Positions 29,978-40,438 of a stretch of DNA of 57,027 nucleotides are shown here, in pieces. The stretch is taken from sequence record DRR723986_6202. One strand, given 5' to 3'. Both the position numbers and the translations under genes were made by a program. The notes beneath the pieces are model-generated. The model was given only the letters and a program-made list of their open reading frames with translations, had not been told where the DNA came from and did not search any database. The number at the start of each line of letters is the position of its first letter. Position 1 is the first letter of the stretch.

Positions 29978-31366
29978 TTATTGTGCGCCCGCAAAACGCT
30001 CCGAGAGGACATCGAACAGACCACGAATTCCCTGGGCTTCCCCACCCATCGGTTTTCCGGGCTTTTCCATTGGAGTCCAGCCGAAAATATCGAAGTGAAC
30101 CCAGCTGCCGGTGTTCTCGACAAAGCGGGACAGGAACAGCGCCGCTGTGATCGACCCCGCGAATCCAGCGCCGGATGTATTGATGTGATTGATATCGGCA
30201 ACCTTGCTGTCGAGATATTTCAGATAGGGCTGCCACAGCGGCATGCGCCACAGCGGGTCGGCCGCAGCCTCGGCCATGACCGCGATGTCCTCGGCAAGTT
30301 CCTCGTCGTCCGTATAGTAAGGCGGCAGATCCGGCCCCAGAGCAACGCGGGCGGCACCGGTGAGCGTTGCCATATCGATCAGGATTTCCGGGCTCTCCTC
30401 GTCTGCAAGCGCCAGGGCGTCGGCGAGGATCAACCGGCCTTCGGCATCGGTGTTGCCGATTTCGACGGTCAGCCCCTTGCGGCTCGGCAGGATGTCTCCC
30501 GGCCGGAAAGCATTTCCGGCAACAGCGTTTTCGACACAGGGAACGATGACCCGCAGGCGAACAGGAAGCTTTGACGCCATGATCATGGACGCAAGGCCCA
30601 GCACATTGGCCGCCCCACCCATGTCCTTTTTCATCAGCGCCATGGAGGAGCCCGGTTTCAGGTTGAGACCGCCGGTATCGAAGATGACGCCCTTGCCCAC
30701 CAAAGTGACCTTGGGCGCGGCTTCGTCACCCCAGGTGAAGTCTGCCAGGCGCGGCGCTCGGCTGCTGGCCTTGCCGACTGCGTGCACCATTGGGAAGTTT
30801 TCTTCCAGAAGGTCTTCCCCGATGACGATACGCCCGGTGCCGCCATGCTGCTTGAACAGGGCGACAACGGCCTGGGACAGTTCCCCCGGGCCAAGATCGT
30901 TCGCGGGCGTATTGATGAGATCACGCGCCAGCTGGACCCCGTCGAGAATCGTTCCGAGTCGATCCAGGTCGACAGTCTCGTCAACGGCAAGACGGCGGGT
31001 CTTGCCTTCGTTTTTCAGGTAGCGGGTAAAGGAATAGGTGGAGAGGGCAAAGCCGAGCGCTGCCTGTTCGGGATCCGGAAACCCCTCGGCAAGATGGTAA
31101 TCGCCTTCCGGCAGTCCCGCGACCAGGCCGCCTAGTGCCAGCGGATGCGACAGACCGCCATCCTCTACGCCGAACAGCACCGCGGCACCGTCTGCTCCCG
31201 GGACAAGCAGGGATGTTGCGGGCTTGCCTGCAAAATCGTTGACCTTGCACCAGTTCAATGCTGCTGATCCGAGCCCGTCCAGAACTTGGGGCAGGCTTGC
31301 CTCGGTGACGGCGTGGATGGGCGTGGAGCTGGAAAAATCGCTCTTGCGGACTAGGCTTTCGCGCAC
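29978..31366 (-). CDS. Leucyl aminopeptidase, M17 family
   Basis: VGKGVIFDTGG, MKKDMGGAA, NTDAEGRL, ATLTGA; GTG 31366 with GGAGG RBS. Confidence 0.94.
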   Translation of the reverse strand: MRESLVRKSDFSSSTPIHAVTEASLPQVLDGLGSAALNWCKVNDFAGKPATSLLVPGADGAAVLFGVEDGGLSHPLALGGLVAGLPEGDYHLAEGFPDPEQAALGFALSTYSFTRYLKNEGKTRRLAVDETVDLDRLGTILDGVQLARDLINTPANDLGPGELSQAVVALFKQHGGTGRIVIGEDLLEENFPMVHAVGKASSRAPRLADFTWGDEAAPKVTLVGKGVIFDTGGLNLKPGSSMALMKKDMGGAANVLGLASMIMASKLPVRLRVIVPCVENAVAGNAFRPGDILPSRKGLTVEIGNTDAEGRLILADALALADEESPEILIDMATLTGAARVALGPDLPPYYTDDEELAEDIAVMAEAAADPLWRMPLWQPYLKYLDSKVADINHINTSGAGFAGSITAALFLSRFVENTGSWVHFDIFGWTPMEKPGKPMGGEAQGIRGLFDVLSERFAGAQ

Positions 31367-31478
31367 GGGAGGACCTCCGTTGGAGATTGGATCGATCTTC
31401 AAGACCTAGGATGCCCGGCGTTCGGACGCAATATGGTGCGCGTCGATGCGCACCGCTTCTCGCATTTCGCAACGGTGC

Positions 31479-31493
31479 TTAACCAAGCATTAG
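31479..31493. promoter_or_regulatory. CtrA-like box upstream of tadD
   Basis: TTAA-CCAAGCA-TTAG versus TTAA-N7-TTAA. Confidence 0.5.
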
Positions 31494-31544
31494 GGTTAAT
31501 TATCTATTTCTCATAAGGAAACCTGAAAGCCGCCGACAACAAGG

Positions 31545-32330
31545 ATGTTGGAAATGCAATCGCCCAGAACCGGTTCCGTTCGCCGTCGCACTCGTCTCGC
31601 TACGACGCTGCTGGCCATGTCGGCGCTTGTCGTTGTCACTGGCTGTGCTTCCAACCGCGCCAACACCGGCACGCACTCCCCTGCCTCCGGCTACACTTCG
31701 CCAGGTTCTTCACAGGCGCTGGCACAGGTGTCCAAGTGGTCCAAGGCCTATGAGCGTGATCGCAAGGACCGCAGCGCCATTCTTGGCTATTCAAGCGCTC
31801 TCAGCCAGAACGGGCAAATACCGCAGGCCATGGCCGTTCTTCGGTCCGGTGTGATCGCACATCCCAAGGACCGGGAAATCTCTTCCGCCTATGGCAAGGT
31901 TCTGGCGATGAACGGCCGTTTCGACGAAGCGCTGAACGTCATTCGTGGTGCCCAGAGGCCGGACACGCCGGACTGGAGGCTGATGTCCGCTGAAGCGGCG
32001 ATTTACGATCAGACCGGCAACCACGACAAGGCCCGCAGCCTCTACAAGCAGGCGCTTATCATCGCGCCAAACGATCCCAGTCTCCTGAACAACCTGGGCC
32101 TGTCATATCTGCTGTCCAATGATCTGCCCGACGCGGAATATACCCTGCGCAAGGCAGCCACCCTGCCCGGCGCAGACAGCCGCGTCCGTCAGAACCTGGC
32201 CCTGGTGCTTGGCATCCAGGGCAAGTTTGACGAAGCCATCCAGGTGGCCCAGTCCGAGATCGATCCGCAGCAGGCCCAGGCCAATATCGCTTATCTGCGC
32301 ACCATGATGCAGAAGCGCCAGCAGGGCTGA
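31545..32330 (+). CDS. tadD: TPR lipoprotein, TadD/CpaO-like pilotin
   Basis: Lipobox VTGC; TPR motifs LNNLGLSY and RVRQNLALVLG.QG; adjacent to the tad operon. Confidence 0.8.
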   Translation: MLEMQSPRTGSVRRRTRLATTLLAMSALVVVTGCASNRANTGTHSPASGYTSPGSSQALAQVSKWSKAYERDRKDRSAILGYSSALSQNGQIPQAMAVLRSGVIAHPKDREISSAYGKVLAMNGRFDEALNVIRGAQRPDTPDWRLMSAEAAIYDQTGNHDKARSLYKQALIIAPNDPSLLNNLGLSYLLSNDLPDAEYTLRKAATLPGADSRVRQNLALVLGIQGKFDEAIQVAQSEIDPQQAQANIAYLRTMMQKRQQG

Positions 32331-32395
32331 GGCGGATTTCTCAAGCCCAGGCTAAAGCTCGCGCAATGTATGCGGGCCCAATATAGTATCGAACG

Positions 32396-32433
32396 AAAGG
32401 CGGTATCCGGACAGCATCCGGATACCGCCTTTT
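32396..32433. terminator. Bidirectional terminator between tadD and tadC
   Basis: AAAGGCGGTATCCGGA-cagca-TCCGGATACCGCCTTT, perfect 16-bp stem between convergent genes. Confidence 0.8.
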
Positions 32434-32507
32434 CCCATTCCACAGTTCTGCTTGACAAGCTCATTTTGACCGGATTGTAGACGAGAACCCTCAGAGAATT
32501 CCTGACT

Positions 32508-33482
32508 TTATAGCTGTGCCATTACCTGAATGACAGCTGGTCCCATGATGATAAAAAACAGAACCGGCAGAAAGAACAGAATCATCGGCACCGTCAGCTT
32601 CGGCGGCAGAGATGCCGCCTTCTGTTCGGCCATCTGCATGCGCTGTTCGCGGGTGTCGTCCGCCATCGTGCGCAAGGCCGTGCCGACAGGCGTACCGTAA
32701 CGCTCGGCCTGGATAAGCGCCATCATCACGTTCTTCACACCCTCAACACCTGTGCGTTTCGACAGGTTTTCATAGGCGATGCGGCGGTCACTCAGGTAAG
32801 AAAGTTCGGCCGTCGTGAGCGATAATTCTTCTGCCAGTTCAACCGACTGAACACCGACTTCTTCCGCAACGCGCTTGAAGCCTTCTTCGATGGACATGCC
32901 CGATTCCACGCAGATCAGCATGAGATCCAGTGCATCCGGCCAGGCCCGTTGGATGGTCAGCTTGCGCTTGGCTATCTTGTTCTTCAGATAGAGGTTCGGC
33001 ATGAAAGCGCCGAGGCCGGCAAGACCCAGACAGAAACAGAGCTTAGACAATGCCGGGAGGTCATCGGGCAACACGAGAAACGCGTAAGCCACCGTGAAGG
33101 CGAAGACACCGCCAGGTAACGCTATGCGCGCGACCAGGAAGTAGTAAAGCGGTGCGGAGCCGCGGTAGCCGGCCATTCTGAGATTTTCGACCGTGCTCTC
33201 ATCGGAAAGCGCTTCCTTCAGATTCAGCCGGTCGACGAGGCTTTTCATCTGCGCCTTGGGCTGGTTGCGCAGGGATGCCTTGGCGTCTGCCTGGGCTGCC
33301 TGAAGACGGGCCCTCTCCTTGGCACGCAGCTTGTTGCGCTCGATCGCGACCGATTTCATCCGCGATTTCAACGTGTCACGGGACAGAAGTGGCATCACCA
33401 GGGAAAAGATAGTTCCCGTGACCGCCACCATGGCCAGAACAGCTGCCAGAAACTGACTGGATGCGATGGTATCGATATCCAT
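32508..33482 (-). CDS. tadC: Tad pilus platform protein TadC (T2SS F family)
   Basis: WPDALDLMLICVESG, QAERYGTP, PPKLTVPMILFFLP. Confidence 0.93.
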   Translation of the reverse strand: MDIDTIASSQFLAAVLAMVAVTGTIFSLVMPLLSRDTLKSRMKSVAIERNKLRAKERARLQAAQADAKASLRNQPKAQMKSLVDRLNLKEALSDESTVENLRMAGYRGSAPLYYFLVARIALPGGVFAFTVAYAFLVLPDDLPALSKLCFCLGLAGLGAFMPNLYLKNKIAKRKLTIQRAWPDALDLMLICVESGMSIEEGFKRVAEEVGVQSVELAEELSLTTAELSYLSDRRIAYENLSKRTGVEGVKNVMMALIQAERYGTPVGTALRTMADDTREQRMQMAEQKAASLPPKLTVPMILFFLPVLFFIIMGPAVIQVMAQL

Positions 33483-33490
33483 GTCGTCTC

Positions 33491-34510
33491 CTAGAAATCG
33501 AAGTTGATCATCGCGCGCATCACCATGATGCCGCAGAACATCCAGAACAGGCAGCCTGCGATGATGATGTTTCCGGCTGTGGTCTCGAACAGTGTCAGAA
33601 TGTAGTTTGGAGCGATCACATACATGATGCCGCCAACGAAGAACGGCAGTGAACCGATAATGGCTGCTGAAGATTTCGCCTCTGCACTAAGAGCCTTGAT
33701 CTTGCGTTTCATGGCCTTGCGGCCGCGCAGCACCTTGGACAGGTTGTTCAATGCCTCGGCCAGGCCCCCACCTGCCTTCTGCTGAATGGCAACCACGATG
33801 GCAAAGAAGTTGGCTTCGGCCAGAGGAACACGTTCGGGCAACTTGCCAACCGCTTCGGCAAGCGAAATCCCCATGATCTGGGTCTCGGTGATCTTGCGAA
33901 ACTCGGTCGCGACAGGTTCGCGGGATTCACGGGCAACCACCTTGATGCAGTCGCTGAGGGGCAGACCGGACTTGACGCCGCGCACGATGATGTCGACGCC
34001 GTTCGGCAACTCCTCGAGAAATGCGTTGAAGCGGCGCTTGCGCTTGCTGGAAACGTACCAGCGGGGGAAGCCCAGAGTGCCAGCAAAACCGAAGGCTGCC
34101 GCAATGAGCAGATTTCCGCTGAAGATCAATCCAAGGATCAGAAAGACCAGACCGGCAACGATACTGAAGATGACGAAATGACGGGTCTCCCAGTCCAGAC
34201 CGGCCTGCTCGATCTTGACCTTCAGCGAGACCTTCTGCTGCTTGTCCTGCTTGGCTTTCTGCCGTACCTCGAATTCCTTCAGCTGATCCTGGATCGACCG
34301 CTTGCGCCGATCGACATCGCGAAGGGCCTTGCGCTGATTTTCGCTCTGGGGCCGCGCTGCGACCGCGTTCACACGCTGATCACGCCGCTTCGAGCCAGAC
34401 AGAGCAGGCTGAAACAGGCTGAAGATGATGCCGCCAACGGCAAGCATCACCAGGGCGGCGACGGCCAGGCCGGTGATTTCAGGCGTGAGAAACTCTTCAA
34501 GTCCGGACAT
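33491..34510 (-). CDS. tadB: Tad pilus platform protein TadB
   Basis: LPNGVDIIVRGVKSGLP, IQQKAGGGLAEAL.NLS, KALSAEAK.SA. Confidence 0.93.
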   Translation of the reverse strand: MSGLEEFLTPEITGLAVAALVMLAVGGIIFSLFQPALSGSKRRDQRVNAVAARPQSENQRKALRDVDRRKRSIQDQLKEFEVRQKAKQDKQQKVSLKVKIEQAGLDWETRHFVIFSIVAGLVFLILGLIFSGNLLIAAAFGFAGTLGFPRWYVSSKRKRRFNAFLEELPNGVDIIVRGVKSGLPLSDCIKVVARESREPVATEFRKITETQIMGISLAEAVGKLPERVPLAEANFFAIVVAIQQKAGGGLAEALNNLSKVLRGRKAMKRKIKALSAEAKSSAAIIGSLPFFVGGIMYVIAPNYILTLFETTAGNIIIAGCLFWMFCGIMVMRAMINFDF

Positions 34511-34517
34511 GGGGTCC

Positions 34518-36038
34518 TCAATCAGCTACATATTCAGGCATTTCGGCGGCATCCAGTGCCTGTGCCAGACGGGCTTCTTCGCCAAAGTATCTTGCTCGCT
34601 CCCAGAATTTTGGCCGGCCAATACCAGTAGAGCGGTGGCGTCCGATGATCTTGCCGTTCGGGTCTTCGCCAACAATGTCGTAAAGGAAGACATCCTGGGT
34701 GGTGATGATGTCGCCTTCCATGCCCATTACTTCCGTCACATGGGTGATGCGGCGGGAACCGTCGCGAAGACGTGCCGCCTGGACCACCACGTCGATGGAC
34801 GAAACGATCATCTCGCGCAGGGTTCTGGACGGAAGGGAGAAACCGCCCATGGTGATCATGGATTCCAGACGGGACAGGGCTTCACGCGGAGAGTTGGCGT
34901 GCAGGGTTCCCATGGAGCCGTCGTGACCGGTGTTCATGGCCTGCAGGAGATCGAATGCCTCCGGGCCACGCACTTCGCCCACGATGATCCGCTCAGGACG
35001 CATACGCAGACAGTTCTTGACGAGATCGCGCATGGTGATCTCGCCTTCCCCTTCCAGGTTGGGCGGACGCGTCTCCAGGCGCACCACATGCGGCTGCTGC
35101 AGCTGCAGTTCGGCCGAATCTTCGCAGGTAATGATGCGTTCGGTGCTCTCGATATAGGCAGTCAGACAGTTAAGCAGTGTCGTCTTGCCCGAACCGGTAC
35201 CGCCGGAAATCAGCACGTTACAGCGTGAACGGCCGATGATCTGCAGGATCGTCGCCCCTTCCGGCGTGATCGAGCCGAACTTGGTCAACTGGTCAAGCGT
35301 CAGCTTGTCGCGTTTGAACTTACGAATGGTGAGGGCCGGGCCGTCGATGGCGAGCGGTGGCGCGATAACGTTGACACGGGAACCGTCGGGAAGACGGGCG
35401 TCACAGATCGGGCTGCTGTCATCAACGCGGCGGCCGACCTGGCTCACGATGCGCTGGCAGATGTTCATCAACTGCGCGTTGTCGCGGAACGTCACACCGG
35501 TCTGCTCAACCTTGCCGGAGGTTTCGATATAGACCGTGTGCGCGCCATTGACCATGATGTCGGCGATGTCGTCACGAGCCAGCAGAGGCTCAAGCGGACC
35601 ATAACCAAGTACGTCGTTGCAGATGTCTTCCAGCAGGTCTTCCTGCTCTGAAATGGACATCACCACGTTCTTAAGCGCGATGATGTCATTCACGACATCG
35701 CGGATCTCGTCACGAGCATCTTCGGCATCGAGACGAGCCAGCTGTGACAGGTCGATCGCCTCGACCAGCGCATTGAAGATCTGGGCCTTGGTCTCGTAAT
35801 ATTCGCTGTTCTTCTTGCGCGCTACCGGGGCAGCCGGCTGGGGCTCGGGCGGCGGAGGTGGTGGCGGAGGTGTCGGTGCGGCCGCCGGCTGGGAAGGCTC
35901 GGTCTGGATCTTCTGCGGCGCCGGTTGTTCCGGCTGTATAGCCTGTTCCGCCGGCGCAGGTGTGTCCTGCAACCCGGGTATGCCACCTGGCCGAAGGGTC
36001 TGGGGTCCAGACGATGAGCTGCCACGTCTACCAAACAT
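34518..36038 (-). CDS. cpaF: Tad pilus ATPase CpaF/TadA
   Basis: [41 protein letters not shown]; Pro-rich N-terminus. Confidence 0.96.
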   Translation of the reverse strand: MFGRRGSSSSGPQTLRPGGIPGLQDTPAPAEQAIQPEQPAPQKIQTEPSQPAAAPTPPPPPPPPEPQPAAPVARKKNSEYYETKAQIFNALVEAIDLSQLARLDAEDARDEIRDVVNDIIALKNVVMSISEQEDLLEDICNDVLGYGPLEPLLARDDIADIMVNGAHTVYIETSGKVEQTGVTFRDNAQLMNICQRIVSQVGRRVDDSSPICDARLPDGSRVNVIAPPLAIDGPALTIRKFKRDKLTLDQLTKFGSITPEGATILQIIGRSRCNVLISGGTGSGKTTLLNCLTAYIESTERIITCEDSAELQLQQPHVVRLETRPPNLEGEGEITMRDLVKNCLRMRPERIIVGEVRGPEAFDLLQAMNTGHDGSMGTLHANSPREALSRLESMITMGGFSLPSRTLREMIVSSIDVVVQAARLRDGSRRITHVTEVMGMEGDIITTQDVFLYDIVGEDPNGKIIGRHRSTGIGRPKFWERARYFGEEARLAQALDAAEMPEYVAD

Positions 36039-36069
36039 AACGAACTATCTGCTCCGCTCTCAGGCCGAT

Positions 36070-37377
36070 CTAGCCGGCCTTCCGCTTCAATTTCGAAAGC
36101 AAACCACCGAGGCTCGACCTGGACGCCCTGACGGGCTGGGCCTTACCGGAGACGGCGTGTGCCAGATCATCAAACGCGCGCGCAATTGCGTGTTTGCCGT
36201 CAATCTCACCAATCATCTGTCCGTTGTTGGCTGCCGTTCCAAACAGTTGCGGCTCAAACGGGATTATCGCGTGAACCGACAGGCCGAGTGCACCGGCAAA
36301 TTCTTCCGGCTTGATCTCGGGGCGCTTGGGAACGTTGACCTTGTTCATGATGAGATGCGGCGGACGGTCGTTCGGCCGCAGTTGCTTCAACATGTCGACA
36401 ACGTTCTTGGCGTTGCGCAGGTTGGCAAGGTCCGGCTCCGCGACAAGCACGATCTCGTCGACGCCAAGCAACGTGTTCTTCACCCAGGCATTCCAGGAAT
36501 GCGGCACGTCCAGAACAACACTTGGGACCCCAGCGCGCAATGTGTCAACCAGCAGGTCGAAGGACTTCTCGCTGTAGTCGTAGGTGCGTTCGAGCGTTGC
36601 CGGTGCGGCCAGCAGGCTCAGGTGCTCATTGCACTTGGACAGGATGCGATCGAGATACGTTTCGTCCAGCCGCTCCGGAGAAGACACGGCCTCGAAAACG
36701 CCCTGGAGTGGATCCTGATTGTAATCCAGCCCGGCAGTGCCGAATGGCAGATCCAGATCTGCCACCACGACCTCACTTTGGAACACGCGGCCAAGTGCCC
36801 AGGCCCCGTTGTGAGCGATTGTCGAAGCACCGCAGCCTCCCTTTACGCCGAAGAACGCGATGGTGCGGCCAAGCGGCTCAGCCTCGGGATCGGCATAAAG
36901 GTTGGCAATTGAGCCGATCAGCTGGAACACGCTGACAGGCGTGATCAAATACTCGCTAACGCCGCGGGAAATCAGATCGCGATACAGCATGACATCGTTG
37001 ACATCGCCGATGACGATCACCTTTGTACCAGCGTCACAATACTCGGCCAGATGATCGAGGCTCGACAGAAGGTCTTCCCGCCTGCCGGACGTCTCAACGA
37101 TGATCAGGTTTGGTGTCGGAGCCTGTTCGAAGGTTTCGATCGCCACCGGAATACCGCCCATATCCAGCTTCAGGTGCGCCTTTGCCATGCGCCGGTCTTC
37201 CATGGCTGCTTCCGCCACCCGCATGGTGGCGTCGGTCAGGCAGAAGCCGTGCACCGTGATACGCGGGATGGAGCCGATATGGAGACCATCGTCGCTGCCC
37301 GCATAGTTGTGATCCGCAGGCTCGGAAATGGGATCCATGTAGCCGGACATATCTTTCAAGTCTGGGTTGGCACTCAT
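36070..37377 (-). CDS. cpaE: CpaE/TadZ pilus localisation protein (receiver-like plus MinD-like domains)
   Basis: TPNLIIVE, NDVMLYRDL..GVSEY, KGGCGASTIAHN, DLDLPFG. Confidence 0.92.
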   Translation of the reverse strand: MSANPDLKDMSGYMDPISEPADHNYAGSDDGLHIGSIPRITVHGFCLTDATMRVAEAAMEDRRMAKAHLKLDMGGIPVAIETFEQAPTPNLIIVETSGRREDLLSSLDHLAEYCDAGTKVIVIGDVNDVMLYRDLISRGVSEYLITPVSVFQLIGSIANLYADPEAEPLGRTIAFFGVKGGCGASTIAHNGAWALGRVFQSEVVVADLDLPFGTAGLDYNQDPLQGVFEAVSSPERLDETYLDRILSKCNEHLSLLAAPATLERTYDYSEKSFDLLVDTLRAGVPSVVLDVPHSWNAWVKNTLLGVDEIVLVAEPDLANLRNAKNVVDMLKQLRPNDRPPHLIMNKVNVPKRPEIKPEEFAGALGLSVHAIIPFEPQLFGTAANNGQMIGEIDGKHAIARAFDDLAHAVSGKAQPVRASRSSLGGLLSKLKRKAG

Positions 37378-37386
37378 AGCTATCCC

Positions 37387-38097
37387 CTAGTCCTCGGCAA
37401 CTTCGGCGCCGACACCTTCGTTGAAGTCACCCGCGGTGACTTCGCCCTTCCGGTATTTTTCTATGACCACAGCACGCCGGCCCTGATCGGAAGGATCGGA
37501 TGCTCTCGGCGTGATCAGGTCGGACGGATTGTCGACCATTGCCGCCAGGTTCGCCTGGCTGGCACATCCGAAGTTCTCGTAGTTGAAGTTTTCGCCGAAG
37601 CCGCCGCCGATGTTTTTCGGCCAGGCCCCACACTCGCCCGCAGTTGCCTGCATGCGCGCATAGGACAGGCGGATCGGTGCATCCGCGCCGGGATCACCCA
37701 CCGAGTAGGTTCGGGTGCTGATCCTGTTCCTTGAAACGCCCCCGCGCTGCAATGCCTGACGGATCTTCGGCGTGATGGAATGAACCGCTGCCTCATTGGC
37801 CCCACCAGACGGCACCAGGATCTCGACGGATCCGTCGCCCTTTTGCCGGGACTGCTGGCCAAAGGCGGCAATGGTGCTTTCGATCGGCCCGTTGATGTTA
37901 CGCGTGTTGCGTCCAACAGGGAGATCCAGCGTTTCCGGCTCTTCGGTGATCACGATCGGGTGCATCAGCCTGTAGTCGTAAGACGCCAGAAGCTGGCTCT
38001 GCGACTGGTTCTGGCAGCCGGCTGCGATCAGGCACCCAAAGACCACAAGTGCGGTTTGCGAGAGCGTCTTGCTGCGGACCGTGTTTGACATGTTCAT
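37387..38097 (-). CDS. cpaD: CpaD pilus lipoprotein
   Basis: Lipobox AAGC; HPI; CGAWP...NFGCASQANLAAMV.NP.DL. Confidence 0.9.
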   Translation of the reverse strand: MNMSNTVRSKTLSQTALVVFGCLIAAGCQNQSQSQLLASYDYRLMHPIVITEEPETLDLPVGRNTRNINGPIESTIAAFGQQSRQKGDGSVEILVPSGGANEAAVHSITPKIRQALQRGGVSRNRISTRTYSVGDPGADAPIRLSYARMQATAGECGAWPKNIGGGFGENFNYENFGCASQANLAAMVDNPSDLITPRASDPSDQGRRAVVIEKYRKGEVTAGDFNEGVGAEVAED

Positions 38098-38107
38098 CCG
38101 TCCGTTC

Positions 38108-39559
38108 TCACTTGTAGATAAAGCCAACCTGACCGTGATAGATGCCTTCGGCGGCGGCTCCGGTCGGGTTGTAGATCTTGTTCAGCCGGTTCAGGAAAAT
38201 CGTCTCGGCATCCGACGGCGCCATCAGGTTCTTGTCCGGGCGCTGCAGCTTGCTGACTGCAACCGGTTGAACCACGTAGGGCGTCACGAAGACCGCCAGT
38301 TCCGTCTGCTCACGCAGGAAGTCGCGGCTCTTGAACAGCGCGCCCAGGATCGGGATCTGCATCAGACCCGGGACACCTTCGATCGCCTGCTGATAGGATT
38401 CCTGCAGAAGGCCGGCCATCACCAGCGTGCCGCCGGACGGCAGTTCCATGGTTGATTCCGCACGGCGTACCTTCAGGGCGGAAATGGTGATCCCACCTGC
38501 GGAGACCGCGCCATCGTTGCTCAGTTCGCTGACCTCGGTCTTCACGCGCAGACTGATCCGACCTTCGGACAGAACCACGGGCGTAAAGTCGAGACCAACA
38601 CCGAACTTCTTGAACTCGACGCTGATCTCGCCGTCCTGCTGGGAAATCGGGATCGGGAATTCGCCACCTGCGAGGAAACTTGCGTTTTCGCCGGAAATCG
38701 CGGTCAGGGTCGGCTCAGCCAGTGTGCGGATGACGCCCTCACGCTGCAGGGCTTCCACCTGTGCGGTGATGCTCGTCGCTCCCGCAGACAGCTGCGTACC
38801 GCCAACTGCCTGGTTCACGATGGAAGGGTTCACGGTGAAGTTCGGCAGGCTGGACATGAAGGGCGTGAAATTGCCAACGCCGATGGTGCCCTGGAACTGG
38901 ACGCCGAGCTGCTTGATGATCGAGCGCTCGACTTCCGCGACCGTGACCTTCAGGTGAACCTGATCCTTGCCGGCGACGGAAATCAGGTTGATGACTTCGC
39001 TTGCGCCCTTGGCACCTTGAAACTTCGCCGCGATATCCGCTGCCTGCTGGGCTTCCAGCGTGCTTTTGGTCGTTCCGCTGAGCACAACACTGCCGTTGAT
39101 CGATTCTGCGGAAATGTTGGAACCGGGAATAAGCTTCCGGATGATCCGGGTAATATCGGATGTATCCTTTTCGACACGGACGTCGAAGCTGGCCAGCTCC
39201 CGGCCGCTGCGACTGAAAAGAACCAGTCGAGACTGACCCGCGGTATTGCCGATCACGAAGATGCGGCGCGGTGTTCTGAGGACGGCATCAGCGATTTCCG
39301 GGTTGGACACCAGCACATCGGCTGCGTCTTCCGCGAGATTGACCACCACCGACCGGCCGACGCCAACGTTCAGGATGCGCCCCGTTGCCCGTTCGCCGGC
39401 GGCGATATGGACCTGGCTCGGGAAGTTGCCTTCCGCCTGCGCTACCGGAGCCGATACGCCCATCAGCCCTCCGAGCAAAACAGCCGTGGCAGCCAGCTTG
39501 TGAAGATAGTTTTTCATCGCGCCCCTCTTGCTGGACGTTCTGTTTTCAACCGGGCTCAT
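38108..39559 (-). CDS. cpaC: CpaC/RcpA secretin
   Basis: QVHLKVTVAEV, LAEPTLTAISGE.ASFLAGGEFP, IPILGALFKS, TELAVFVTPY; alternative start at MKNYL. Confidence 0.94.
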   Translation of the reverse strand: MSPVENRTSSKRGAMKNYLHKLAATAVLLGGLMGVSAPVAQAEGNFPSQVHIAAGERATGRILNVGVGRSVVVNLAEDAADVLVSNPEIADAVLRTPRRIFVIGNTAGQSRLVLFSRSGRELASFDVRVEKDTSDITRIIRKLIPGSNISAESINGSVVLSGTTKSTLEAQQAADIAAKFQGAKGASEVINLISVAGKDQVHLKVTVAEVERSIIKQLGVQFQGTIGVGNFTPFMSSLPNFTVNPSIVNQAVGGTQLSAGATSITAQVEALQREGVIRTLAEPTLTAISGENASFLAGGEFPIPISQQDGEISVEFKKFGVGLDFTPVVLSEGRISLRVKTEVSELSNDGAVSAGGITISALKVRRAESTMELPSGGTLVMAGLLQESYQQAIEGVPGLMQIPILGALFKSRDFLREQTELAVFVTPYVVQPVAVSKLQRPDKNLMAPSDAETIFLNRLNKIYNPTGAAAEGIYHGQVGFIYK

Positions 39560-40326
39560 TGCGCACCTGCCTGGCTCGTCACGCCATATTTCACGTAGCT
39601 GACACCTCGACGGCGACCGCCCTCATCGTCCGCGTCATCGGCGGAATCCTGGGCACTGCGCAACGCAAGCGCGATCGTGCCGATCTGCTGCGACTGAGCG
39701 ACCACCTCGGACTGAGGCAGGGTCAGTTCCAGCGTGGCCGTGCGCTTTGGTGACAGGTTCTTCTGGTCCTGCTCGCCTGCGGTCGTGCTGTCGATTGCCA
39801 GGACGCGGATGTTTTCCAGGATCGTTTCGCTGAGAGCGCCCGTATCCGACTTGCGGGTCAGGATCAGGTCGACCTTGTCGCCCGGCAGAATGAAACCGCC
39901 TGCCGTTGTTTCCGCTTCCACGCTGACGGCGATTGCGCGTTTGCCTTTGGGCAGGATCGCCGCCATGAAACCCTTGTCGGTATTAATAAGACGCTCGGGG
40001 CGAACGGGCTCACCTGCAAAAATCGGTGCCCGGGCGATTCGGCCTTCATATTCCTCGTTGGCCAGAGGCGAGGCCTCTTTCGTCACGGCTCCGAAGGGAA
40101 CGGCATCTTCAGGCCATTTCGCCCAGCTCATGTCGTCCGCCGTGAGTTTGGCACCGAGCGGAATATCCCTTTGGGCAACCAAAACCTGCGTTTTAGTCTG
40201 CTCGGCGGCAGGTGCCTGTACGATCTGAGGCTCTGCTGGCTTGTTGCCCGACATCATGACCATGCGGAAGGCGATGATGCCTGCCGCTACAGCAATTGCC
40301 AGGACGAAAATTCGCGCGATTTTCAT
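39556..40326 (-). CDS. cpaB: CpaB/RcpC pilus assembly protein
   Basis: SAF domain VLVA..DIP.G, GKRAIAV, GFILPGDKVD, NIRVLAID; ATG 40326. Confidence 0.93.
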   Translation of the reverse strand: MKIARIFVLAIAVAAGIIAFRMVMMSGNKPAEPQIVQAPAAEQTKTQVLVAQRDIPLGAKLTADDMSWAKWPEDAVPFGAVTKEASPLANEEYEGRIARAPIFAGEPVRPERLINTDKGFMAAILPKGKRAIAVSVEAETTAGGFILPGDKVDLILTRKSDTGALSETILENIRVLAIDSTTAGEQDQKNLSPKRTATLELTLPQSEVVAQSQQIGTIALALRSAQDSADDADDEGGRRRGVSYVKYGVTSQAGAQ

Positions 40327-40388
40327 GACCAAAACCCAATATTCCAATGCGCACATGCGCTGTTCCCGACTAGGATGAGGGGTAATTG

Positions 40389-40438
40389 GTCAAAACATGG
40401 TTAATCAGATATGGATGTTTTCGGTTAATATTCGTTAA
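40389..40438 (-). promoter_or_regulatory. CtrA-like box cluster upstream of cpaB
   Basis: Minus strand TTAA-CCATGTT-TTGAC (40404-40389, includes TTAACCAT) plus TTAA-N6-TTAA at 40425-40438. Confidence 0.6.
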
